Assembly: GCA_963702005.1 (NCBI GenBank)
Contig: OY969696.1
Location: 1,600,001 to 1,664,000 of the forward strand
Origin: Candidatus Aminicenantes bacterium
Lineage (GTDB): Bacteria; Acidobacteriota; Aminicenantia; Aminicenantales; JAFGBC01
Direction of reading: 5' to 3'
DNA: 64,000 bases
Part shown: piece by piece, positions 22,323 through 29,868 of the stretch
Layout: the number at the start of each line of letters is the position of its first letter
How positions within the stretch are numbered: position 1 is the stretch's first letter
Translations under genes and position numbers: made by a program
Notes under the pieces: generated by a model
Databases searched by the model: none
What the model was told of the DNA's origin: nothing
The model's input: the letters and a program-made list of their open reading frames with translations, nothing else

Positions 22323-23945
22323 TCAGTAGTTGCTGGTGAAGGAACGGAGGCGCTTGCTGCGGCTGGGGTGTTTGAGCTTGCGGAGGGCCTTGGCCTCGAT
22401 CTGGCGGATTCGTTCCCGGGTGACCTTGAACTGCTGGCCGACCTCCTCCAGGGTGTGCTCGTTTCCGTCGCCCAGCCCGAACCGCATCTTGAGGACCTTG
22501 GCCTCCCGCTCGGTCAAGCTCTTGAGGGCCTCCTCGATCTGCTCCCGGAGGTTGATGTAGATGACCGTGTCGGGCGGGGAAGGGATGAGCTTGTCCTCGA
22601 TGAAATCGCCCAGGTGGGAGTCCTCCTCCTCACCGATCGGGGTCTCGAGCGAGATCGGCTCCTGGGCGATCTTGATGATCTTGCGGACCTTGCTGACCGG
22701 CATGTCCATCTTCTTGGCGATCTCCTCGCTCGACGGCTCCTTGCCCATCTCCTGGACGAGACTGCGCGAGACGCGGATGAGCTTGTTGATGGTCTCGATC
22801 ATATGGACGGGGATCCGGATCGTCCGCGCCTGGTCGGCGATGGCCCGGGTGATGGCCTGGCGGATCCACCAGGTCGCGTAGGTCGAGAACTTATAGCCGC
22901 GGCGGTACTCGAACTTGTCGACGGCCTTCATCAGGCCCATGTTCCCCTCCTGGATGAGGTCCAGGAATTGGAGTCCGCGGTTGCTGTACTTCTTGGCGAT
23001 CGAGACGACCAGGCGGAGGTTGGCGGCGACAAGTTCCTTTTTGGCCTGGTCGCTGATTTTCTTCCCGGTTGTGATCGAACGGATCGTTTTGCGGAGGCTC
23101 TGAGAGTCGAGGCCGACCTCTTTATGGAGGATGCGGAGCTGGCGCTGGACGTCCTGGAGGCGGGCCTTAAGCTCGGCGGCCGTCTTCTTGCTCTTGGTGT
23201 GCTTGAGCTTGAGGGCGAACTCCTCCTGGGCCTCCTCGAAGTCGTTCGTCCGCTTGAGGACGCGGCGCAGCTCCTCAATGATCCGCTCCTTCTGGGCGGC
23301 GCGGATGGAGAGGTCCCGGATCAGGCGGCTCATTCGGACGATGTAGCGGCCCCGGGCTATCATCTTGCGGCGGGTGGCCGGAATCCCGTCCAGCCGGCGG
23401 CTCATCTCGCGGATCTTCTTGATCCGGCCCAGGATCTGCTTCCGCTTCTCGTCGAGCTTGCCCTCGGCGACGTCCTCCTCGCTGACATCGAACATCTCCT
23501 GGATGACGTTGGGGTTGTCCTTGATGATGTCCTCGAGGGCCAGGATCCGGTTCAGGACCAGGCGGGTCCTGGACAAAGCCTTGATGATGGCCTTCTCGCC
23601 GCGCTCGATCTCCTTGGCGATGGCGATTTCGCCCTCCCGGGTCAGGAGGGAGATGTTGCCCATCTCGCGCAGGTAGAGCTTGACCGGGTCCGTCGTCCGT
23701 TCCAAGCCGTGGGTCGAGACGACGTCGCTCTTGCGGCGGCGCGGCAGGATATCGACCTGCTTCTGGTTGAGGATCTTGATCCCGTAGCCGTCCATCGAGG
23801 ACAAGAAGTCGTCGAAGTGCCCTTCGGCGTCCATGTCGTCGGCGAAAGTCTTGTCGATCTCCTCGAACAGCAGGAATCCCTGCTTCCGTCCCTTGGAGAT
23901 GAGCTGGTTGATTTCGTCCTTTTGGAACTTGCCGTCTGAAGACAC
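22323..23945 (-). CDS. rpoD: Primary sigma factor RpoD
   Basis: [40 protein letters not shown] and [17 protein letters not shown] motifs. Confidence 0.97.
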   Translation of the reverse strand: MSSDGKFQKDEINQLISKGRKQGFLLFEEIDKTFADDMDAEGHFDDFLSSMDGYGIKILNQKQVDILPRRRKSDVVSTHGLERTTDPVKLYLREMGNISLLTREGEIAIAKEIERGEKAIIKALSRTRLVLNRILALEDIIKDNPNVIQEMFDVSEEDVAEGKLDEKRKQILGRIKKIREMSRRLDGIPATRRKMIARGRYIVRMSRLIRDLSIRAAQKERIIEELRRVLKRTNDFEEAQEEFALKLKHTKSKKTAAELKARLQDVQRQLRILHKEVGLDSQSLRKTIRSITTGKKISDQAKKELVAANLRLVVSIAKKYSNRGLQFLDLIQEGNMGLMKAVDKFEYRRGYKFSTYATWWIRQAITRAIADQARTIRIPVHMIETINKLIRVSRSLVQEMGKEPSSEEIAKKMDMPVSKVRKIIKIAQEPISLETPIGEEEDSHLGDFIEDKLIPSPPDTVIYINLREQIEEALKSLTEREAKVLKMRFGLGDGNEHTLEEVGQQFKVTRERIRQIEAKALRKLKHPSRSKRLRSFTSNY

Positions 23946-24020
23946 GCGTCTCTCCTCTTGTCAGTCCCGGTCCCGGCCCCCGGCATCCTTAGATACGTCT
24001 CTGACGCTCATTTCGTTTCT

Positions 24021-25763
24021 TTATTCCGACGTTTTGCGGGTCCGGAGATTGACTTGCTCTTGAGAGATCTCCGTCGTCTGAGAGAGAAGGTCGCGGGGGA
24101 TTTCCTTGTCTCCTCCCCTTTCGCGCTTCTTGATCTCCGCCTTGATGCGTTCCTTTTCCCCGCTCAAACGCAGCTCCCGCAGGGCATGAAGGCAATCAAG
24201 GGCCTCCTCGACCGTCGGGACCTGAGCTTCTTCGAGGAGGACCCGGTCCAAGGCCCCGGCTAGGCGGGGATCGATCTCCTTGCGGAGTTCCGCCAAGACC
24301 CAATCCCGTCCGTCCTGGAACGCGTTCCGGATGAGGTTGAAGATGGGCTCACTGGGAAGGCCCCGGACATCGTTTTCTTCCATCTCGGCGAAAATATGAC
24401 GGGCGATCGGGCGATGATTCATCAGGATTTGGAGAAGCCTCAGTTCGGCATTGGAAAAGACGCTCTGGCCCTCGGCCTTGGCCGGAGCGGGGCCGCCCAG
24501 GGTCATGGCCCGCAGGATCTGTTCGTCGATGGATAAAAATTCCGCCGTCTGCTTCATGTACTCGCTGCGCGTTACCGGGTCGGAAATTTTATCGAGCTCG
24601 ATTCTGACCTGGCCGAATATGCGGGCCTTCTCCTCCGGGACCCCGAGCGATTTCCCGCGGCTGACCTGTTCCAGGAAGAACCGGAACCCGGGAAGGGCCT
24701 TGGCCAGGAGCTCCCCGTAGCGGTCGGCGCCGTACTTCCGCATCGCCCCGTCGGGATCAAGGCCCTCGGGGAGGACGAGGACATCGGACGGAATCCCTTT
24801 TTCGAAGCAGAGCGAGACGGCCCGGAGGGCCGCCTGCTGCCCGGCCGCGTCCCCGTCATAGTTGACGACGACCTTGGCGGCGAACCGCTTGAGCTCGTCG
24901 AGCTGGCTCGAGGTCAGGGCGGTCCCGAGCGAGGCGACGACGTTGGTGAGCCCCGCCTGGTAGAGCGTGATGTAATCCGTGTAGCCCTCAACAAGCAGGG
25001 CTTCGCCCCTATCCCGGACGGCTTCCCTGCTGAAATTGAGTCCGTAAAGAAGTTTGCCCTTGGTGTAGACGGGCGTGTCGGGCGAATTCAGGTACTTGGG
25101 CTCCTGGTTGAAGAGGGAGCGTCCGCCGAAGGCGACCGTCTTGCCGGATCGGTCGAAGATGGGGAAGATGGCCCTGCCCCGGAACCGGTCGTAATACTCG
25201 CCCGGTTTTTTGCCGGGAAGGACGAGGCCGGCCTTGTCCAGGAGGGCCGCCGGGGTTTTCGTGCCCCGGAAATGGGAGATCAGGCCGTCCCAGGCGTTTG
25301 GGGCGTACCCGAGCTTGAACGTCTGGATGGTCTCGTCCGACAGGCCGCGCTTTTTGAGATAAGCCAGGGCCTCGGCCCCCTCTTGGCTGTTGACCAGGTT
25401 CCGGCGGAAGAAAGACAGGGCCTGCTCGTTGATTTCGAGGACCTGCTCTTCGAGCTTTTTGGCCTGGGGGGAGAATCCCGGTTTCTTGGGCAGCGGGACG
25501 TGGTATTTATCGGCCAGGTACTTGAGGGCTTCGGGGAAGCTGAGCTGCTCTTTTTCCATGATCAGGGAGAAAACGTCCCCGCCTGCGTTGCAGCCGAAGC
25601 AGTGGTAAAGCTGTTTGTCCTCGTCGACGGTGAAGGAAGGGGTTTTCTCGGAGTGAAAGGGGCAGAGGCCGACGTGCTTGCTGCCGCGGCGTTTGAGGGT
25701 CGTATACTGGGAGGCGACCTCAATAATAGAGGCCGCCTGCCTGACCTGTTCGACAATTTCCAT
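24021..25763 (-). CDS. dnaG: DNA primase
   Basis: Start MEIVEQVRQ. CPFHSEKTPSF..CFGC zinc finger, YDRFRGR, KYLNSPDT, VEGYTD and YDGDAAG motifs. Confidence 0.95.
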   Translation of the reverse strand: MEIVEQVRQAASIIEVASQYTTLKRRGSKHVGLCPFHSEKTPSFTVDEDKQLYHCFGCNAGGDVFSLIMEKEQLSFPEALKYLADKYHVPLPKKPGFSPQAKKLEEQVLEINEQALSFFRRNLVNSQEGAEALAYLKKRGLSDETIQTFKLGYAPNAWDGLISHFRGTKTPAALLDKAGLVLPGKKPGEYYDRFRGRAIFPIFDRSGKTVAFGGRSLFNQEPKYLNSPDTPVYTKGKLLYGLNFSREAVRDRGEALLVEGYTDYITLYQAGLTNVVASLGTALTSSQLDELKRFAAKVVVNYDGDAAGQQAALRAVSLCFEKGIPSDVLVLPEGLDPDGAMRKYGADRYGELLAKALPGFRFFLEQVSRGKSLGVPEEKARIFGQVRIELDKISDPVTRSEYMKQTAEFLSIDEQILRAMTLGGPAPAKAEGQSVFSNAELRLLQILMNHRPIARHIFAEMEENDVRGLPSEPIFNLIRNAFQDGRDWVLAELRKEIDPRLAGALDRVLLEEAQVPTVEEALDCLHALRELRLSGEKERIKAEIKKRERGGDKEIPRDLLSQTTEISQEQVNLRTRKTSE

Positions 25764-25796
25764 ATAAAATAGAGATTCTTCGGAATTTACCAAGTT

Positions 25797-25825
25797 AATA
25801 TAGGGACCGCCCCCTGATTTGTCAA
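25797..25825 (-). promoter_or_regulatory. Sigma70-type promoter for dnaG-rpoD
   Basis: TTGACA-17bp-TATATT on the minus strand. Confidence 0.65.
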
Positions 25826-25842
25826 GGCGAGCCGCCAAATAA

Positions 25843-26595
25843 TTACAGGTGGTTGATGAGGCTGGCCAGGTAGGCCGCCCCGAAGCCGTTGTCGATATTG
25901 ACGACGCCGACCCCGCCCGGGCAGGAATTGAGCATAGCCAGAAGGGCGGCCAGGCCCTTGAAGCTCGCCCCGTAGCCGATGCTGGTGGGGACGGCAATGA
26001 CCGGGACGGAGACCAGTCCGGCCACGACGCTGGGGAGGGCTCCTTCCATGCCGGCCACGGTGATGATAACCCGGGCCGCGTTGAGCTTGTCCATCTCGCC
26101 CAGGAGGCGGTGGAGGCCGGCGACGCCGACATCGTAGACCCGGACCGTATCGTTGCCCAGGATGTCGCAGGTTACGTAGGCCTCCTCGGCGACCGGAATA
26201 TCGGACGTCCCGGCCGTGACGATGGCGATCCGGCCCTTGCCGGTAACGGCCGTTTTCTGCTTGATGGAAAGGGTCCGCGCCGAGGGATCGTAGACGGCTT
26301 TGGGGATTTTCCGGCGGATTCGCCTGTAGACATCCGGCTCGACCCTCGTCGCCAGCAGGTTCGAGCCCTTCTTGACGATCTCGAGGGCGATCTTGAGGAT
26401 CTGGTCGGGAGTCTTTCCCAAGCCGTAGATAATCTCGGGGAATCCCTTGCGGAGCTCGCGGTGGTGGTCGATCTTGGCGAATTCGAGGTCCTGGCAGGGG
26501 AAATCCTTGAGCTCGCGGAGGGCGGCCGCCGTGGTCAGTCGGCCCGTCGCAACCTTGTCCAAGATGTCTTCGAGGCGTGATCTCATGCTCTCCAT
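25843..26595 (-). CDS. larB: LarB/CpmA AIR-carboxylase-like protein (nickel-pincer cofactor biosynthesis)
   Basis: DHHRELRKGFPE, AGTSDIPVAEEA, DVGVAGLHRL, AGMEGALPSV and VVNIDNGFGA motifs. The start could also be 26586. Confidence 0.92.
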   Translation of the reverse strand: MESMRSRLEDILDKVATGRLTTAAALRELKDFPCQDLEFAKIDHHRELRKGFPEIIYGLGKTPDQILKIALEIVKKGSNLLATRVEPDVYRRIRRKIPKAVYDPSARTLSIKQKTAVTGKGRIAIVTAGTSDIPVAEEAYVTCDILGNDTVRVYDVGVAGLHRLLGEMDKLNAARVIITVAGMEGALPSVVAGLVSVPVIAVPTSIGYGASFKGLAALLAMLNSCPGGVGVVNIDNGFGAAYLASLINHL

Positions 26596-26603
26596 TCTAC
26601 CAA

Positions 26604-26633
26604 AATTGGTGACAGACATCTATTTTCCGAATT
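26604..26633 (+). repeat. ~30-bp repeat, copy 1
   Basis: AATTGGTGACAGACATCTATTTTCCGAATT. Confidence 0.85.
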
Positions 26634-26661
26634 AGCTCATTTTCGGCTATACTTATTCATT

Positions 26662-27480
26662 ATGCCGGAAATGAGGACTTTGAAAAGGGAGGCCGTGCTA
26701 TCGGGAATCGGCGTCCATTCAGGAAAGCCGGTCGAATTGCGCTTGAGGCCTTCCAATGCCGGCCGCATCCTGTTCCGGAGGCTGGACTTGGATCGTGAAG
26801 CCGTCCTTGACCCCCGCAAAATGGAGGCGAAATACGCTTCGTGTTTTCGTGACGGCGATTTCGAAATTCAAACCGTTGAGCACCTCCTGGCCGCTCTTTA
26901 CGCGTTCGAGATCGGGAGCGCCGAAATCGAGCTGACGGCCGCCGAGGTCCCGATCCTCGATGGGAGCGCCGCACCCTTCGTCCGCGCCCTCAAGGACGCG
27001 GGCGCCAAGACGATCGGCCGCCCCTGGGATCCGGTCAAAATCCTGGAGCCCCATATTGTCCGGTCCGAGGAGGCATCCCTGTCCTTCGAGCCCTATCGGG
27101 GCTTCAAGATCACCTATGGAATTGAGTATTCCCATCCCGCCATTGGCCGCCAGGAAATCGGCCTCGATATCGACGCTGTGTCTTTCGCAAAGGAAGTGGC
27201 TCCGGCGCGGACATTCGGCTTCGTACGCGACCTCGAATCTTACCGGAGCCGCGGATTAGCTCTGGGCAGCTCCCTGGAGAACACGATCGGCCTCGACGAT
27301 GCCAAGGTCGTCAACCCACCCCTCCGTTTCCCCGACGAGTACGTCCGGCATAAGGTCCTCGACCTGGTCGGCGACCTGGCGCTCCTGGGACGGCCCGTCC
27401 TGGGACATTTCAAGGCTTATCGGGCCGGCCATGCCCTCCATCTCCAGGTCGTCCGCCTCCTTCTCAGCCGGAATTGGTGA
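26662..27480 (+). CDS. lpxC: UDP-3-O-acyl-N-acetylglucosamine deacetylase
   Basis: SGIGVHSG, TVEHLLAAL, EVPILDGSA, APARTFGF and RHKVLDLVGDL motifs. Confidence 0.95.
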   Translation: MPEMRTLKREAVLSGIGVHSGKPVELRLRPSNAGRILFRRLDLDREAVLDPRKMEAKYASCFRDGDFEIQTVEHLLAALYAFEIGSAEIELTAAEVPILDGSAAPFVRALKDAGAKTIGRPWDPVKILEPHIVRSEEASLSFEPYRGFKITYGIEYSHPAIGRQEIGLDIDAVSFAKEVAPARTFGFVRDLESYRSRGLALGSSLENTIGLDDAKVVNPPLRFPDEYVRHKVLDLVGDLALLGRPVLGHFKAYRAGHALHLQVVRLLLSRNW

Positions 27481-27502
27481 CAGACATCTATTTCCCCAAT
27501 TT
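27472..27502 (+). repeat. ~30-bp repeat, copy 2 (contains the lpxC stop codon)
   Basis: AATTGGTGACAGACATCTATTTCCCCAATTT. Confidence 0.85.
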
Positions 27503-27772
27503 CACTTCCTCATCACAACTCAAGCCTAAATTGGGATATTGATCGCGAATCGGAGCAGCACTCTTCGGCTTCCGGCCTCGTTTCCGTTCTTTCAGCGGCC
27601 TCCCAGCCAGCTCTTGCTGGGCGCGGCATCAGGCTATTTAACGATAAAATTAGTAACAGTAAATCTGGTGACAGATTTCAATTTTTCTTTTTCCTTGCAA
27701 AAAATGTTGGAAGGAGCATTAGTCTGTCACAAATTAGTAGACGAATAGGAGAAGGCCATTTCTCAGAATCGA

Positions 27773-27804
27773 AAATTGGGAAAATAGATGTCTGTCACCA
27801 ATTT
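27773..27804 (-). repeat. ~30-bp repeat, copy 3 (inverted); degenerate copies at ~27665 (+) and ~27720 (-)
   Basis: Reverse complement reads AAATTGGTGACAGACATCTATTTTCCCAATTT. Confidence 0.85.
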
Positions 27805-27903
27805 AGCGACCGATTTAACGACAAATTTAGCGGGCTTGCCAAAGGGGGGCAACTGGGCTAAAATAGGCGGGCTCAACGGATTGCGGACCGCCTCCAAGGG
27901 AGA

Positions 27904-28416
27904 ATGATCGTGAAAGACCAGAAAGCCAAGAAAGACGAATACCAACGAGCGTTGGCGATCTACGGCCAAGCCATGAAGGAATTCCACAGAGGGGATTTCG
28001 ACAAGGCGGCCGAGAGCTTGGCCGAGTTCGTCGAGAAGTACGCCGCCGAGCGGGAGCTCGTCGACCGCGCCCGGATCTACATCGACCTTTGCAAAAACCG
28101 GGACAAGAAGGAACGGATGGCCCTCAAGACCGTCGACGACTACTATTTTTATGCGGTCTACAAGATCAATCAGAGGGACTATGACGGGGCCTTCAAACTC
28201 CTGGAAAAGGCGCTCGACATGAAGGGCGATGAGGGAAAGATCCACTACCTCATGGCCGATATCCACTGTATCCAGGGCCGGACCGAGGAGGCCCTCGAAT
28301 CCCTCAAAAAGGCCATCCAAAAGGATAAATACTTCCGGATCCTGGCCCAGAACGAGAACGACTTCGAGCCTCTCTGGGAGGACAAGAAGTTCAAGGTCCT
28401 GACCCGAGTCGCATGA
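27904..28416 (+). CDS. Tetratricopeptide-repeat protein
   Basis: Helical TPR-like repeats, EALESLKKAI..AQNENDFEPL, and an ATGA overlap with glmU. Confidence 0.75.
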   Translation: MIVKDQKAKKDEYQRALAIYGQAMKEFHRGDFDKAAESLAEFVEKYAAERELVDRARIYIDLCKNRDKKERMALKTVDDYYFYAVYKINQRDYDGAFKLLEKALDMKGDEGKIHYLMADIHCIQGRTEEALESLKKAIQKDKYFRILAQNENDFEPLWEDKKFKVLTRVA

Positions 28417-29810
28417 GACCCCGGCTCGTCGCCATCGTCCTGGCCGCCGGCCAAGGAACCCGGTTCAAGTCGAGCCGGGCCAAAGTTCTCCATACCCTGC
28501 TGGGGAAGTCCATGCTCCGGCTGACCCTGGACACGGTCCGGGCTCTCAAGCCGGATCGGATCGTCGTCGTCGTCGGCCATCAGAAGACCGATGTCATGCG
28601 CGAGGCCGAAGGGCTCGGCGTCTCCTTCGCCCACCAGAAGGAGCGGCTCGGGACGGCCCACGCCGTGAGGGCCGCCCGGCCGGCCCTGCGCGGATACGAC
28701 GCCGCGGACATCCTCGTCATCAACGCCGACCTTCCCATCCTCCGGCCCGAGACGGTCCGACCCCTCATCGTCCAGCACCGCCGGAAGGGCCAGGCCCTGA
28801 CTTTTATGACGGCCGACCTCGAGGACCCCTCCGGGTTCGGCCGGGTCGTGCGCGGCGAGCGCGGGCTGCGCATCGTCGAGGAGCGGGAAGCTTCGCCGGC
28901 CGAGCGGGCCCTGCGCGAGGTCAACGCCGGCGTCTACGTTTTCAAGGCCGCGGACCTTTTAAAGGCTCTGCCCCGCGTCTCCAACAAAAACCGCAAAGGC
29001 GAATATTATCTGACCGACCTCATCGAAATCATCGGACGGTGGGGGAAGGTCGGCCTTCTCAAGGCTCAGGACCCGGACGAGGTCCTGGGGATCAACACGC
29101 GCTGGGAGCTCGCCAAGGCCGCGGCCGTCCTGCGCGACAGGAAACTCAAGGCCCTGGCTGAGGAAGGGGTCAGCTTCGCCGATCCCGCCACGACTTGGGT
29201 CGACCTCGAGGGGGAGATCGGTCCGGACTCGACGGTCGGGCCCGGCGTCGTTATCGAGGGCCGGACGACGATCGGGGCGCGCTGCCGCATCGCCCCCTAC
29301 GCTCACATCAAGGATTCCGTCCTCGAGGACGGCGTGGAGGTCCGGACGGCGACCGTCGTCGAGGGCTGTCGTCTCGAGGCGGGGGCGGGGGTGGGTCCGT
29401 TCGCCCGGCTTAGGCGCGGGACGATCGTCCGTGCCGGCGCCCATGTCGGGAATTTCGTCGAGATGAAGAAGACGGATTTCGGCCGAGGCTCCAAGGCCGG
29501 CCATCTCAGCTACCTGGGCGACGCCAAGGTTGGGCCCGACGTCAACATCGGCGCCGGGACGATCACCTGCAACTTCGACGGCGTCGCCAAAAACAAGACC
29601 ATCATCGGCGAGGGCGTCTTCATCGGCTCGGGAACCGAGCTGGTGGCGCCGGTCACGGTCGGGAAGGGGGCCTACGTCGCGGCCGGCTCGACCATCACCA
29701 AAGACGTTTCGGCCGACGCCCTGGCCGTGGCCCGGAAGCGCCAGGTCGAGAGGGCGGGCTGGGCGGCCCGCCGCCGCGCCAAGCGGTCCTCCCCGCATCA
29801 CGGTTCATAA
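28413..29810 (+). CDS. glmU: Bifunctional UDP-GlcNAc pyrophosphorylase / glucosamine-1-P acetyltransferase
   Basis: LAAGQGTRFKS, LGTAHAV, GEYYLTD, GNFVEMK, HLSYLGDA and hexapeptide repeats. Confidence 0.96.
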   Translation: MRPRLVAIVLAAGQGTRFKSSRAKVLHTLLGKSMLRLTLDTVRALKPDRIVVVVGHQKTDVMREAEGLGVSFAHQKERLGTAHAVRAARPALRGYDAADILVINADLPILRPETVRPLIVQHRRKGQALTFMTADLEDPSGFGRVVRGERGLRIVEEREASPAERALREVNAGVYVFKAADLLKALPRVSNKNRKGEYYLTDLIEIIGRWGKVGLLKAQDPDEVLGINTRWELAKAAAVLRDRKLKALAEEGVSFADPATTWVDLEGEIGPDSTVGPGVVIEGRTTIGARCRIAPYAHIKDSVLEDGVEVRTATVVEGCRLEAGAGVGPFARLRRGTIVRAGAHVGNFVEMKKTDFGRGSKAGHLSYLGDAKVGPDVNIGAGTITCNFDGVAKNKTIIGEGVFIGSGTELVAPVTVGKGAYVAAGSTITKDVSADALAVARKRQVERAGWAARRRAKRSSPHHGS

Positions 29811-29830
29811 TTTTCCACGCCGGCCGTCGA

Positions 29831-29859
29831 TTGACATCGATTTGGAGAGCCACTATCAT
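29831..29859 (+). promoter_or_regulatory. Sigma70-type promoter, near-leaderless to the radical SAM gene
   Basis: TTGACA-17bp-TATCAT, with the ATG 9 nt after the -10 box. Confidence 0.65.
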
Positions 29860-29868
29860 CTTTGGGGC

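Noticed and set aside
22317-23939. Long antisense ORFs opposite rpoD (and similarly at 630, 35660, 47863 and 53367)
   Set aside because: These are typical shadow ORFs of high-GC coding strands, with no protein motifs.
24021-26132. 703-aa DnaG with a long N-terminal extension
   Set aside because: The extension overlaps larB in another frame. A promoter at 25797-25825 and homology support the start at 25763.
25843-26595. larB without larA/larC/larE as a novel system
   Set aside because: Dispersed lar genes are common, and the partners may lie elsewhere in the genome.
26604-27804. Possible CRISPR array from the ~30-bp repeats
   Set aside because: Spacing is irregular (about 870 and 300 bp), orientation is mixed, and there are no cas genes.
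29530-29868. N-terminal extension of the radical SAM ORF
   Set aside because: It overlaps glmU out of frame, and the promoter at 29831-29859 supports the start at 29869 or 29875.
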